From an uncultured Dehalococcoidia bacterium (GTDB lineage Bacteria > Chloroflexota > Dehalococcoidia > UBA2247 > RBG-13-53-26), in contig CAZUZX010000001.1 of assembly GCA_964624525.1 (NCBI GenBank), forward strand, positions 1 through 39,031: a stretch of DNA of 39,031 nucleotides, given 5' to 3'. Positions 18,044 through 28,102 of this stretch are shown piece by piece (the stretch's first letter is position 1; every line of letters begins with the position of its first letter). The notes beneath the pieces are model-generated. The model saw only the letters and a program-made list of their open reading frames with translations, was not told the origin of the DNA and searched no databases. Both the position numbers and the translations under genes were made by a program.

Positions 18044-19339
18044 CTACCCTTCCTCCCCAGCATCACTACTGGTGGCTATTTCTACTAGGCGCTGCAACGC
18101 TTTCTGGGTAACTAACTTTTTCTCGACCCAATGCCGTCCCGGTGCTGTGCCTAACACCCTTCGTAGTTCATCACCTTGCTTACCACTATTTCTTAGCATG
18201 TTCTCGATCTCTGTCTCAATCTCCGTTGTATTTGTCTCAATCTTCTCCTCTTCGGCTATCTTGTTTAAAACTAACGATTGAATAAGCCTTTTGGTTGCTG
18301 TAGAACGAAGTTCCTCTCGCACCTCCTTTTCTGTCTTATTGAAGTTTCGGAGATAATTCTCCAGTCCTTCTTTTCCACCTAATAACTCCTCTCTTTCACT
18401 GAGGAGACGATTAATTTCCTGCTCTACTAAAATGGGTGGAAATTCCACCTTAGCTAGTTCAACTGCTGCCTCTACCACTTTCTGTTCGAATTCTCTCCTA
18501 GCTTTTTCTTCCGCCAAGCCTCTTAAGCTAACAGTAATCGAGTTTCGAAGAACATCAAGACTTTCGAATCCCTCACCAACACTCTTAGCAAATTCATCGT
18601 TCAACTCAGGAAGACGTTTTTCTTTAACCTCAATAAGCTTTACTTTAAAATTATACTGCTTACCAGCAAGTTCTCTTATCTTATAATCAACGGGATAGGA
18701 GAGCGAAAACTCCCTTTCTTCACCCTTACTCATCCCCACTAAATGTTCCGTAAAACCTGGGAGAGGAAGCATTGAATCCTGAATTACTGGGTATTGCCGC
18801 CCTTGATAGCTATTAATAACCTTTTCTTGGCTTTTATCCTCAATATCAATAGTGACTAGGTTCCCAAAGCCTACTGGGTGCTCTACCGGCTCCCACACCC
18901 CGTACCGGTCACGAAGTTGCTCTAACAAATTACTAATTTGCTCTTCAGTAACTTCAACAGGTTCAGGGGTAAGCCTGATATGATGATAATTACCCATCTC
19001 AACCTTAGGGCGGAGTGGGAAGGTTACCCTGAAAACCACCGGGTCAACCTGGAGGATCGCTACTTCAGGCTGAGCGATAACCTCAATTTTTTGTTCCTCA
19101 ACAGCCTGGCTACAAAGTTGAGGAAGTAAATGCTCGAGAGCCTCTTTTTGAAGCCCCTCTTTGCCAACATATTGCTCCACCACGAGCCGGGGTGCTTTTC
19201 CTTTGCGGAAGCCAGGTATATTAGTTCGTCTTACTAAGCGATGGTAAGCTATTTCTAATGACTGTTCCATCTCAACTGACTCGACTTCTATATCAAGCAC
19301 CGCCAGACTATTCTCCATACTTTTTGTTAACACTTTCAC
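18044..19339 (-). CDS. tig: Trigger factor
   Basis: 431-aa ORF. The N-terminal ribosome-binding motif IPGFRKGKAPR is followed by an FKBP-like middle and a helical C-terminal domain. It lies upstream of clpP, as in many bacteria. Confidence 0.93.
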   Translation of the reverse strand: MKVLTKSMENSLAVLDIEVESVEMEQSLEIAYHRLVRRTNIPGFRKGKAPRLVVEQYVGKEGLQKEALEHLLPQLCSQAVEEQKIEVIAQPEVAILQVDPVVFRVTFPLRPKVEMGNYHHIRLTPEPVEVTEEQISNLLEQLRDRYGVWEPVEHPVGFGNLVTIDIEDKSQEKVINSYQGRQYPVIQDSMLPLPGFTEHLVGMSKGEEREFSLSYPVDYKIRELAGKQYNFKVKLIEVKEKRLPELNDEFAKSVGEGFESLDVLRNSITVSLRGLAEEKARREFEQKVVEAAVELAKVEFPPILVEQEINRLLSEREELLGGKEGLENYLRNFNKTEKEVREELRSTATKRLIQSLVLNKIAEEEKIETNTTEIETEIENMLRNSGKQGDELRRVLGTAPGRHWVEKKLVTQKALQRLVEIATSSDAGEEG

Positions 19340-19397
19340 TTCTTTAGCCTATCCACTATTATTATAAATAAAGAGGAACCCCAAAGCGAATAGCTTT

Positions 19398-21185
19398 CTA
19401 TGACTTGTCTCTCAAGGCAAGACCTAATTCCTTAAGTTGTTCCTCAGACACTTCAGAGGGAGCATCAAACAGTAAGTCATAGGCACTCTGATTCTTGGGA
19501 AAGGCTATCACCTCTCGAATACTCCGCTCACCCGCTAAAAGCATCACTAGCCGATCAATGCCTGGAGCGATACCACCATGAGGGGGAGCTCCATATTCAA
19601 AAGCCTCAAGCAAGTGACCAAAGCGCCTTTCTATTTCCTCTCGGCTATATCCCAGGAGCTGGAATACCTTCTCCTGGATCTGGCGATTGTGGATTCTGAT
19701 GCTTCCGCTAGAGATTTCATAGCCATTGCATACGATATCATAATGTCGAGAGCGCACCTTTTTCGGCGCTGTATCCAACAGTGGGATATCTTCCTCTTTG
19801 GGAGCAGTGAACGGATGGTGCATCGGCTCCCAATGCTTTTCTTCCTCATTCCACTCAAAGAGTGGATAATCAATAATGAAGACACAGGCAAAGAGATTGG
19901 GGTCAATAAGCCCAAGCCGCTGAGCCATCTCCTGTCTTATTTGTCCTAGGGCTTTATTGACTACATCAGCTTTCCCAGCCACAATTAGAAGAAGGTCTCC
20001 TCCCTTAGCCCCAAAGCGGGTGGTTATCTCCTTAATCTGCTCCGAAGTCAAGAACTTAGCCATCACAGACTTTGCTGTGTCTACAACTATACTAGCTGAA
20101 TCCTTCTTTAAGGGTAGAGTTATTAATCCCTTCGCTCCATAAGCTTTGGCTAATTCTGTTAGCTCATCAAGCTGATGGCGAGAGTAGGTAGCACAACCAG
20201 GGGCACAGATACCCTTTATCTTTCCTCCCTCTTGCACTACGGTGCGAAAGACAGTGAAATCAGACTGAGCCGCCACATCAGTGAGATCCTTGAATTCTAA
20301 ACCGAAGCGAATGTCGGGCTTATCAGTCCCATAGCGTTCCATTACTTCAGTATAGGAGAAACGAGGGAAAGGTTTAATCACCCGCATTGATGGCTTGATT
20401 GCTTCTACCAAGGAGGTAAACAACTCCTCCAGCAGATGGAGTATATCCTCCTCTTCCACAAAGCTCATTTCTAGGTCTAACTGAGTGAACTCTGGCTGGC
20501 GATCAGCACGTAAGTCCTCATCACGAAAACACCTGGCTATCTGAAAGTATTTCTCGAAACCAGCTACCATCAGCAACTGTTTTAGCTGCTGAGGAGACTG
20601 AGGGAGAGCATAAAATTTGCCACTATGGAGGCGGCTGGGCACAAGAAAGTCCCTTGCTCCCTCCGGGGTACTCTTAATCAAAATAGGCGTTTCAATCTCA
20701 ATAAATCCTTTAGTATCAAGGAAGTCGCGGATAAACTTTAATACTCGATGACGAAGGATAATGTTCTCTTTTATCCGCTGACGACGTAAGTCCAGATAAC
20801 GATACTGCAACCGTAGACCTTCCTCCACTTCGGTCTCTTCATTAATGTAGAAGGGGGGGTTCTTTGAAGGGTTAAGGATTTCAGCCCGGGAGGCGATGAC
20901 CTCAATCTCCCCAGTAGGCAATTTGGGATTCTCGGTACCGGGAGGACGGCGAGAGATTTCACCAGTAATCCTTACCACATACTCATGACGCATTTTATTT
21001 GCTATCTCGTGTCCCGCTTGAGAAATCTCTGGGTTAAATACTACTTGGACAAAGCCATCCCTATCTCTGAGGTCAATGAATATTAGTCCCCCATGATCCC
21101 TTCGCCGATGCACCCAGCCAGCGAGAGTTACTACCTCACCAATATGTTCCGCAGTTAAATTCCCGCAACTATGAGTCTTAAGCAA
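19398..21185 (-). CDS. aspS: Aspartyl-tRNA synthetase (bacterial type)
   Basis: 595-aa ORF with a TTG start. WVHRRRDHGGLIFIDLRD (OB fold), QSPQQLKQLLM, FRDEDLRADRQPEFTQLD and GGIAPGIDRLVM (motif 3) are present. Confidence 0.96.
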   Translation of the reverse strand: MLKTHSCGNLTAEHIGEVVTLAGWVHRRRDHGGLIFIDLRDRDGFVQVVFNPEISQAGHEIANKMRHEYVVRITGEISRRPPGTENPKLPTGEIEVIASRAEILNPSKNPPFYINEETEVEEGLRLQYRYLDLRRQRIKENIILRHRVLKFIRDFLDTKGFIEIETPILIKSTPEGARDFLVPSRLHSGKFYALPQSPQQLKQLLMVAGFEKYFQIARCFRDEDLRADRQPEFTQLDLEMSFVEEEDILHLLEELFTSLVEAIKPSMRVIKPFPRFSYTEVMERYGTDKPDIRFGLEFKDLTDVAAQSDFTVFRTVVQEGGKIKGICAPGCATYSRHQLDELTELAKAYGAKGLITLPLKKDSASIVVDTAKSVMAKFLTSEQIKEITTRFGAKGGDLLLIVAGKADVVNKALGQIRQEMAQRLGLIDPNLFACVFIIDYPLFEWNEEEKHWEPMHHPFTAPKEEDIPLLDTAPKKVRSRHYDIVCNGYEISSGSIRIHNRQIQEKVFQLLGYSREEIERRFGHLLEAFEYGAPPHGGIAPGIDRLVMLLAGERSIREVIAFPKNQSAYDLLFDAPSEVSEEQLKELGLALRDKS

Positions 21186-21238
21186 AATTTCCCCCTTGCA
21201 CTAAAAGGATTATAATAAAAACAAAGTAACTTTTTCAA

Positions 21239-21952
21239 TTGGGGTTAAGTGTTGTGAATTTAGGAAGGCAACTATATGATTTGCAGCAGATCGACATAGA
21301 TTTAGAAACAAGAAATAGAACGCTAAGACATATAGAGCGCCAATTAAGTGATAATAAGGCATTGGTTGAAGCCCAAGCGGAGGTGGTGAAGAAGCAGGAA
21401 AACCTGGCTGAGCTAAAAAAGAAGCAGCAAACAGCAGAATGGGAGACTGAGGATCTCCAAGCTAAGGTGGCTCCTTTACAGGAGAAGCTTTATATCGGTT
21501 CGGTAAAGAATCCTAAAGAGTTATTAAGTATACAACAGCAAGTTGAACTGATTAAGACTCAGATAAGAAGCAAGGAAGACGAGATACTAGAGATAATGAC
21601 TCAGGTGGAAGCATTACAAGAAGAGATAGCGCTGAAAACCATTGAGGTAGAAAAACTAGAGGAAGAGTGGCAGAAGAAGCAAGAGCAATTAGTAGCCGAG
21701 AGAGCAGAATTAGAAGCAGCAATAAGTAGAGCAGAACAAAAACGAGATGAACTTGCCACCACCATTGAGTCTACCTATCTGGAACTCTACGAAGTGCTCC
21801 GGGCAAAGAAACAGGGACAGGCAGTGGCCAGAATAGAGCAAGGGAGATGTCAAGGGTGCCGCATTACCCTCCCTATGAGTGAGCTACAGCGAGCTAGAAT
21901 GGGAGAATTAGTGCAGTGCAGTAGTTGCCATCGGGTTTTATATCTAGGTTAG
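21239..21952 (+). CDS. COG1579-type coiled-coil protein with C-terminal C4 zinc ribbon
   Basis: 237-aa ORF. A long heptad-rich region is followed by CQGCRITLP...CSSCHRVLY. The start is uncertain: TTG at 21239 or GTG at 21254. Confidence 0.75.
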   Translation: MGLSVVNLGRQLYDLQQIDIDLETRNRTLRHIERQLSDNKALVEAQAEVVKKQENLAELKKKQQTAEWETEDLQAKVAPLQEKLYIGSVKNPKELLSIQQQVELIKTQIRSKEDEILEIMTQVEALQEEIALKTIEVEKLEEEWQKKQEQLVAERAELEAAISRAEQKRDELATTIESTYLELYEVLRAKKQGQAVARIEQGRCQGCRITLPMSELQRARMGELVQCSSCHRVLYLG

Positions 21953-21954
21953 AC

Positions 21955-22392
21955 ATGAGCGATGCAAAGAAGTATCTCACCATCCATGTGGATGGGGCTT
22001 CGCGAGGCAATCCTGGTCCTGCTGGAATAGGTGTCTTTATAGAAGATGAGGCAGGCATGATTAAAGCCAAGCTCTCTCATTACATTGGAGAGGCTACTAA
22101 TAATCAAGCAGAATATAAAGCCCTAATTATGGGATTGAGGGAGGCAGTAAAGTTAGAAGCGGAACATATAAATATCAGGACAGATTCAAAGCTATTGGCA
22201 GAGCAGATTCGCGGCAACTACAAGGTGCGGAGTGCTAATTTGATGCCTCTATTTCGGCAAGTGAAGCAGCTTTTAGCCGGCTTCAATTCCTATAATATAG
22301 TCTGTGTACCGCGCCAGCAGAATGTAGTTGCGGATACCTTAGCCAACCGAGCTCTCACCAAGCAACTTAAAAATGTGGTAAACTATAACTAG
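21955..22392 (+). CDS. rnhA: Ribonuclease HI (RNase H type 1 fold, archaeal/actinobacterial-like short form)
   Basis: The ATG at 21955 gives MSDAKKYLTIHVDGASRGNPGPAGIG. DEDD residues lie in VDGAS, NNQAEY, RTDS and VADTLAN. The track start at 21925 overlaps the previous gene and looks less likely. Confidence 0.88.
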   Translation: MSDAKKYLTIHVDGASRGNPGPAGIGVFIEDEAGMIKAKLSHYIGEATNNQAEYKALIMGLREAVKLEAEHINIRTDSKLLAEQIRGNYKVRSANLMPLFRQVKQLLAGFNSYNIVCVPRQQNVVADTLANRALTKQLKNVVNYN

Positions 22393-22755
22393 GACCAAGT
22401 AGGCTGGGTGACCGCTGCCTCAGGGGTGAGAACCTCTAAGGGGGAGGAAAGTCCGGGCTCCACCGGGCAGGATGCTGGGTAACACCCAGGAGGGGCGACC
22501 CTACGGAAAGTGCCACAGAAATATACCGCCTGACATAATCGGGCAAGGGTGAAATGGTGAGGTAAGAGCTCACCGCTCCGATGGTGACATCGGTGGCAGG
22601 CAAACCCCATCCGGAGCAAGACCAAATAGGGGGGCATTAATGTGCCCGGCTAAGCCCTCGGGTTGGTCGCTTGACTCCAATGGTAACATCGGAGCTAGAT
22701 AGATGGTCACTAGTCCATTTGGACTACAGAACCCGGCTTACAAGCCTACTTGGTC
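22393..22755 (+). ncRNA. rnpB: RNase P RNA, bacterial type A
   Basis: P1 pairs gaccaagtaggct (22393-22405) with agcctacttggtc (22743-22755). Universal elements gaggaaagtccgggctcc (about 22443) and acagaacccggctta (about 22726) form P4. ggtaagagctcaccg is the L15/P15 region. Confidence 0.93.
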
Positions 22756-22761
22756 TGTTAA

Positions 22762-23379
22762 TCATATCTGTGGCACGAATCTAGAGGTTTTGTTATTATG
22801 CTGCCTGAGCTTTGGAGATAAGACCTGATTACTATTACTGAAACACGAAGTTCCTTTTATTACTTCCTCAAGCTCTAGCCAGGGAATACCCTTACCTGTT
22901 TCAAGTCCTGCTGCTCCCGATAGATGATTATGCAGCCTCTCTAAATACTCTACGAACTGCTCCAACTCACTCTCAGAAAAAATAAACATTGCTCTTTGAG
23001 CAAGGTCGGGTGTTTTGAGCAGCTGGTGATAAATAAACTCTTTACCTTTCTCAGTAAGCTCAATCCTTTTTATTCTCTTGTCCTTACTATTCCTAGATCT
23101 TCTTATATAATTGCTCTGCTCCATACGGCTAAGCAATCCAGAGATACTTGGACTCTCCCGCTGCAGGTAATAGACTAGCTGTCGAGCTGAGAGCTGAGAG
23201 CCTAAGTAATGCAGAAATACTAAGACTAGAGCCTGCTCACAAGTAATTCCGTCCTCACTAAGTTCAGCCGAGGCAAACTTGTGTAGAGCATTTACACTCT
23301 CCTCAAGTAGCATCCATGCTTTCCGCGCCAGTTTAGATGGAGTATATCCTTTTTCTTCTAACCTAGAGAGCTGATTCAC
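22762..23379 (-). CDS. MarR-family transcriptional regulator with extended C-terminus
   Basis: 205-aa ORF with a GTG start. It has the winged-HTH pattern ...LSARQLVYYLQRESPSISGLLSRMEQSNYIRRSRNSKDKRIKRIELTEKG. About 50 extra C-terminal residues are present. Confidence 0.8.
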   Translation of the reverse strand: MNQLSRLEEKGYTPSKLARKAWMLLEESVNALHKFASAELSEDGITCEQALVLVFLHYLGSQLSARQLVYYLQRESPSISGLLSRMEQSNYIRRSRNSKDKRIKRIELTEKGKEFIYHQLLKTPDLAQRAMFIFSESELEQFVEYLERLHNHLSGAAGLETGKGIPWLELEEVIKGTSCFSNSNQVLSPKLRQHNNKTSRFVPQI

Positions 23380-23546
23380 GAACCTTTTCCCAAATCAAAA
23401 AATCTTATCATAATAGCCAAGTAATTCTGCCTTATTCACAAAGCAAAACCACCTCATCAGGAAGGGTAAGTTACATTATTTTATACCACGAAAGTGATGG
23501 AACTTGTCAAATTATGACAGCACCGTTTAGATAGTTTGCATGCTCC

Positions 23547-23576
23547 TTGATTAAACCAGACGATAGTTGTTAGAAT
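23547..23576 (+). promoter_or_regulatory. Candidate promoter of the ALDH operon (TTGATT-N18-TAGAAT with TGT extension)
   Basis: ttgatt at 23547-23552 and tagaat at 23571-23576, preceded by tgt. It lies 115 nt upstream of the GTG at 23691. Pattern match only. Confidence 0.3.
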
Positions 23577-23600
23577 GGAAAGAAGTTTATCCCCTTAATT

Positions 23601-23614
23601 TTTGAAATTTCAAA
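23601..23614. promoter_or_regulatory. Perfect 14-bp palindrome, candidate MarR operator
   Basis: tttgaaatttcaaa is its own reverse complement. It lies about 25 nt downstream of the candidate -10, between the divergent MarR gene and the operon. Confidence 0.35.
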
Positions 23615-23690
23615 GCTGCTTATTTGATTCTGATGCATTTTTCTGGTGCGAACTTGGAAAATTTAATACCTCATTAATCTTAGATAATTA

Positions 23691-25160
23691 GTGGGAAAAT
23701 TCGTGGCTGAAAAACTGGTAGAGGCGAAGATACTCATTAATGGGAATTGGGTGGAGGGGAGGACAAAAGGCACAGTAAGAAATCCTGCCTGTGTGGATGA
23801 GGTGGTAGGGCATTTCAATATTGCTAGCGAGGCTCAAATTGATGCTGCTGTGTCTGCTGCCGAAAGGGCTGCCCCATCATGGGCAGCGATACCTGTTAGC
23901 CGCCGCGCAGAGCTTGTGCGAGAGGCAGCGCGCTACGGAGATAAGGTTATCGAAGAATTAGCACCTTTACTCACCAGAGAGCAAGGTAAAGTGCTATATG
24001 AGGCAAGACTAGATGTTGGCACGGCGTCATCATTCTTCAATCACGCTGCTGAGATGGCTGAAATCTGGGCTCAATCGCAAACAATCGAGGATAAGTTAGG
24101 AAAAATAATCATCAGGAAGGAGCCCATTGGCGTAGTTGCCATTCTTAGTCCATGGAACTGGCCAGTAACACTAACCGCGCTTTCACTGCATCAGGCACTT
24201 GTAGCCGGAAATTGCGTCGTAGTCAAACCATCGTCCTTCACCCCTCTAACCGTAACCAAGTGGTTTGAGGCAATAGCCAAATTGTTTCCCCCCGGTGTCA
24301 TTAATGTTATCCATGGCTCTGGCTCCACCATAGGTAGAATACTTACCCGGCATCCGCGGGTGCGTAAGGTATCCTTTAGAGGCAGCACTGATACCGGAAG
24401 CGAAGTGATAATGGACATCGCTCCGACAAAGAAGAAGATTAGCATGGAACTGGGAGGGAACGATGCAGCCATAGTCCTCCCCGATGCAGAAGTGAACGAA
24501 AGTTTGTGTGCTCCAATGTTTGCTGGAGTATTTATGACCACTGGACAAGTTTGTATGGCTATCAAGCGCATCTATGTTCACCAATCGTCTTTTGACAAGT
24601 TTGTGAAGGTCTTCACTGAGATAACTGATGAGATAACTGTTGGCAATGGGCTGGATGAGAGAGCAATTATGGGTCCACTGAATAATGCCCAGCAGCTTGA
24701 GACGGTTAAAGGATTGTTAGCGGAGGCGAAGTCACGGGGTGCCAAAGTAGTCGAGGTAGGTAAGAAGTTAGACCCCGAAGGTTGGGAGAGAGGCTACTTT
24801 TACCTGCCTACCATAGTAACCGGCGTGGATGCTTCCTACCGGATTGTATCTGAGGAGCAATTCGGTCCAGCCATCCCCATTATGCCCTACCACGATATTG
24901 ATGAGGCGATTCGCCTCGCTAATGATACCAAGTACGGACTATGTTCCTCTATCTGGACAAGTGATGTAGAAAAGGGATTCGAACTAGCAAAAAGGCTGGA
25001 AGCAGGATATACCTGGATTAATCAACACGGTTGCATGGCAGTGGATCTAGAAGCTCCCTTTGGCGGCTGGAAGGAGAGCGGCATCGGGCGCAGCTTCGGA
25101 GTGGTCGGCTTCGACCATTATATTGAATATCATACCCTGTGTAATAGAGGGGTGACTTAA
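23691..25160 (+). CDS. NAD(P)+-dependent aldehyde dehydrogenase
   Basis: 489-aa ORF with a GTG start. SPWNWP, the catalytic Glu in MELGGND, the catalytic Cys in TTGQVCMAIKR, and EEQFGP are ALDH superfamily motifs. Confidence 0.92.
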   Translation: MGKFVAEKLVEAKILINGNWVEGRTKGTVRNPACVDEVVGHFNIASEAQIDAAVSAAERAAPSWAAIPVSRRAELVREAARYGDKVIEELAPLLTREQGKVLYEARLDVGTASSFFNHAAEMAEIWAQSQTIEDKLGKIIIRKEPIGVVAILSPWNWPVTLTALSLHQALVAGNCVVVKPSSFTPLTVTKWFEAIAKLFPPGVINVIHGSGSTIGRILTRHPRVRKVSFRGSTDTGSEVIMDIAPTKKKISMELGGNDAAIVLPDAEVNESLCAPMFAGVFMTTGQVCMAIKRIYVHQSSFDKFVKVFTEITDEITVGNGLDERAIMGPLNNAQQLETVKGLLAEAKSRGAKVVEVGKKLDPEGWERGYFYLPTIVTGVDASYRIVSEEQFGPAIPIMPYHDIDEAIRLANDTKYGLCSSIWTSDVEKGFELAKRLEAGYTWINQHGCMAVDLEAPFGGWKESGIGRSFGVVGFDHYIEYHTLCNRGVT

Positions 25161-25175
25161 AAAGGAGGGATGGCA

Positions 25176-25973
25176 ATGCCAATCACGGTGAAGGACAAGG
25201 TTATCATTATCACTGGGGCAGGGCAAGGAATAGGCAGAGCCTATGCGGAGACATTGGCAGCAGAGGGAGCAAAGGTAGTGATTGCTGAACTTAATTTTGA
25301 AAGAGCTAAAGAGGTGGAGGCAAGCATTAAAGCCAAGAGGGGTGAGGCTTTAGCTGTACGCACTGATGTGAGCAAGGCAGAAAGTACCCGTGAGATGGTA
25401 AGGAGAGCGGGAGAAAAGTATGGGCGTGTTGATGTGTTAGTTAATAATGCCGCTGCTTACTACGGGCTGAAAATGACCTTCTTCCCTGACTTAGATGAGG
25501 CTGAATTTGATAGCCAGTGGCAGGTTAATGTCAAAGGCCTTTGGCAATGCTGCAAGGCAGTGCTTCCGCAAATGATTAAACAAGGCAAGGGTAAGATTAT
25601 CAATATTGCCTCGACAGTAGCTTGGGTTGCCCCCTATGGGATGCTACACTATATAGCTTCCAAAGGGGCGGTGCTCTCCATGACCCGCGCTCTGGCTAAG
25701 GAGGTGGCTGAGCTGGGGGGACCAGACTCCCAGATAACGGTTAACACCTTGGTTCCTGGGATTACCTGGACAGACGCCACGGTCCACCTTTTTTCCGAGC
25801 AGCCGATGTTTGGCGACATGGCTTTAGAAACCCAGATCCTCAAACACAGGCTAATGCCTGAGGATCTGGTGGGGGCCATGTTATTTATGTGCTCTGATGC
25901 CTGCGATTTTATGACCGGAAGCACCGTAGTAGTGGATGGAGGCATGGCTTTCGATTTAACTTGTGCGAAATAG
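25176..25973 (+). CDS. Short-chain dehydrogenase/reductase (classical SDR)
   Basis: TGAGQGIGRAY (TGxxxGxG), NNAA and YIASKGAV (YxxxK) are present. The ATG at 25176 is 7 nt from SD aggagg; the alternative ATG at 25170 is only 1 nt from it. Confidence 0.9.
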   Translation: MPITVKDKVIIITGAGQGIGRAYAETLAAEGAKVVIAELNFERAKEVEASIKAKRGEALAVRTDVSKAESTREMVRRAGEKYGRVDVLVNNAAAYYGLKMTFFPDLDEAEFDSQWQVNVKGLWQCCKAVLPQMIKQGKGKIINIASTVAWVAPYGMLHYIASKGAVLSMTRALAKEVAELGGPDSQITVNTLVPGITWTDATVHLFSEQPMFGDMALETQILKHRLMPEDLVGAMLFMCSDACDFMTGSTVVVDGGMAFDLTCAK

Positions 25974-25993
25974 GAATTAGAAAGGAGGGTGAC

Positions 25994-26416
25994 ATGGCAG
26001 TTTTTAAGGATAGCAAGGAATTGCTGGAGTATATTGCTGGTGCCTGGGAAAGGGTCTTGCAAATTCCGGAGCTGGAGAAAGAGCTACGAAAAGCTAACGC
26101 CGTGGCTCTGCTCCGCTACACTGATCCAGAGGCTTTCTTCTATGTTGATTGCTCCAAGGACCCGAGCCGGGTTGTCTATGAACATATGGAGAGACCAGCG
26201 GAGTTGGATATGGTCATGTCGGGAGACTTTGGCAACAAGTTCATGTGTGGCAAGACAAGCATGCCGGTAGCCATGATGAAGGGAGAAATCAAGATTAAAG
26301 GACCGACTTCACTCCTATTCTCCATGCTGCCAGTAGTCAGAAAAAGCTTTGATGTCTACCGCAAGCTACTTGAAGAGAAAGGAAGGAAAGATCTGCTTGA
26401 GGCTGCCGAAAAATAG
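25994..26416 (+). CDS. SCP2 sterol/lipid-binding domain protein
   Basis: 140 aa from the ATG at 25994, with SD aaggaggg upstream. ELDMVMSGDFGNKFMCGKTSMPVAMMKGEIKIKGP fits the SCP2 fold consensus (...Gkl....Afm.Gklki.G). Confidence 0.75.
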   Translation: MAVFKDSKELLEYIAGAWERVLQIPELEKELRKANAVALLRYTDPEAFFYVDCSKDPSRVVYEHMERPAELDMVMSGDFGNKFMCGKTSMPVAMMKGEIKIKGPTSLLFSMLPVVRKSFDVYRKLLEEKGRKDLLEAAEK

Positions 26417-26451
26417 CTTAATTAGCTAAACCTTAAAAGAGGAGGTTAGAA

Positions 26452-28089
26452 ATGGCAGACGCAACTTACGATGCGGTCATAGTAGGGGCAGGGACTAAAG
26501 CTCTAGTTACCGCAATGTATTTGACCAAATACGGTAGGATGGATGTAGCTCTATTTGAGGAGAGGGTTGAGGCTGGAGGGGGTTGGGGTGGCGAAGATAC
26601 CCCCGCTCCTGGATTTATCCATAATGTGCATTCCACCGACCATACTGCCTGGCATATAGGTCCAGTATATGATGACTTCCCTGATTTCGAAGAGAAAGGT
26701 GCTAAATACATCCAGCCTAAAGCTACCGGGGCATGTATCTTCCGCGAAGATCAGCGGTGTTTGATTTTTTACGGTGATAAATACGACCCCGAGGGAGAAC
26801 TTACCGCTAAAAGCATCGCTCAGTTCTCTGAGCGGGATGCAGCAATCTACAAACAGGTTGTGGACGCATTCAATGGTATCTGGCGTCCAATTATATATGA
26901 ATGGTTCTTCACTGTGGCACCTCCCCCAGAGGAATTAGATATACTTGAGAGGACTTTACACAACCCAGCAGTTGGCATAGACCCATTATGGTTGGAGATG
27001 TCGCCGCTCCAGGTAATAGAGGAGTTATTTGAAAGCCCGGAGATGAAAGCAGCCATCTTACGCCAGATGGAGTCTTTTCCCACCGTGCACCCGGATATGC
27101 CCGGGGGGTGGCTCGGGGTATGGGGCTTAATTGCCGCTGTGGGCTGGTATGGGCTCAATTTTGCCGTCGGGAGTAGTCACAGTACCGCCCACGCTGCCGT
27201 AAGGGTTATCCTGGAAAACGGAGGAAAGATCTTCACCAAGAACAAGGTGGACAAGATCTTGATAGAGAATGGTAAGGCGAGAGGCATCCGCCTCACCAAT
27301 GGCACTGAGATAGAGGCAAGAAAACTGGTGGTCAGTACTCTGAACCCTTACCAGCTCTGTTTCAATTTAATCGGTCGAGAACATCTGAGCGCCAATATAT
27401 TAAACAGAGTAAGTAACCTGCGCAGCAACCTTATTACCGTAACCTGGTACGGATGGGCTATCCATGAGCCGCCAAGGTATACCGCAGCTAAGTTTAATCC
27501 TGATATAAATGAGGTTCAATGGACCACGCTGTGCGATAGGGATTATAAAAAACAGGTAAGATTTTGGCATATGCGTTCCGCAGGTATAATGCCACCGGAT
27601 CCCTATTTAGCCACTTGGTGTCACAGCCGTTTTGACCCCACACAAGCACCCCAGGGGAAGCAGACAGCCGCCCATGAGGCTTATGTTCTCAACGCCACCG
27701 CCCTTACTGAAAGGGAGTGGCTAAAGTTCAAGAAAGAACATGCCGAGTATGCGATAAAGACCTGGCAGGAGTATGCCCCTAATATGACCTGGGATAATGT
27801 GATTGGATACGACCCTATTACCCCCTACGATATAGCCAAGAGGCTCTCAAATATGGGTCCCGAGGGTAATTGGGGGGTTATTGACCACCTCGCTTCCCAG
27901 GTGGGGAAAAACAGACCTATACCTGAGTTGGCGCAACACAGAACTCCAATTAAAAACCTTTATGCCACGGGGTCGGCTTGGCCCCCGTTTGGTATGGCTA
28001 CCACCAATCAGGGTTATACTTGTTACAAGGTTATCGCTGAAGACTTTGGGCTGAGGAAACCCTGGGAAGAAAAGAATCGCCCCTACTAA
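26452..28089 (+). CDS. FAD-dependent oxidoreductase, phytoene-dehydrogenase (CrtI/COG1233) family, paralogue A
   Basis: 545-aa ORF with an N-terminal dinucleotide fold [19 protein letters not shown]...[10 protein letters not shown] and a C-terminal [14 protein letters not shown] agaggagg is upstream. Confidence 0.82.
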   Translation: MADATYDAVIVGAGTKALVTAMYLTKYGRMDVALFEERVEAGGGWGGEDTPAPGFIHNVHSTDHTAWHIGPVYDDFPDFEEKGAKYIQPKATGACIFREDQRCLIFYGDKYDPEGELTAKSIAQFSERDAAIYKQVVDAFNGIWRPIIYEWFFTVAPPPEELDILERTLHNPAVGIDPLWLEMSPLQVIEELFESPEMKAAILRQMESFPTVHPDMPGGWLGVWGLIAAVGWYGLNFAVGSSHSTAHAAVRVILENGGKIFTKNKVDKILIENGKARGIRLTNGTEIEARKLVVSTLNPYQLCFNLIGREHLSANILNRVSNLRSNLITVTWYGWAIHEPPRYTAAKFNPDINEVQWTTLCDRDYKKQVRFWHMRSAGIMPPDPYLATWCHSRFDPTQAPQGKQTAAHEAYVLNATALTEREWLKFKKEHAEYAIKTWQEYAPNMTWDNVIGYDPITPYDIAKRLSNMGPEGNWGVIDHLASQVGKNRPIPELAQHRTPIKNLYATGSAWPPFGMATTNQGYTCYKVIAEDFGLRKPWEEKNRPY

Positions 28090-28102
28090 TAAGGAGGAAA
28101 AT

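Noticed and set aside
21925-21954. Upstream alternative start for the RNase HI ORF
   Set aside because: It would overlap the zinc-ribbon gene by 28 nt and add a non-conserved MPSGFISRLD extension. The ATG at 21955 gives a canonical N-terminus.
22389-22637. 82-aa minus-strand ORF (MPPYLVLLRMGFACHRCHH...)
   Set aside because: It lies entirely antisense to the RNase P RNA. It is Cys/His/Pro-rich, the kind of artefact produced by translating the GC-rich rnpB core.
25649-26062. 137-aa minus-strand ORF across the SDR/SCP2 junction
   Set aside because: It is antisense to two motif-supported genes, with no SD and no recognisable motifs.
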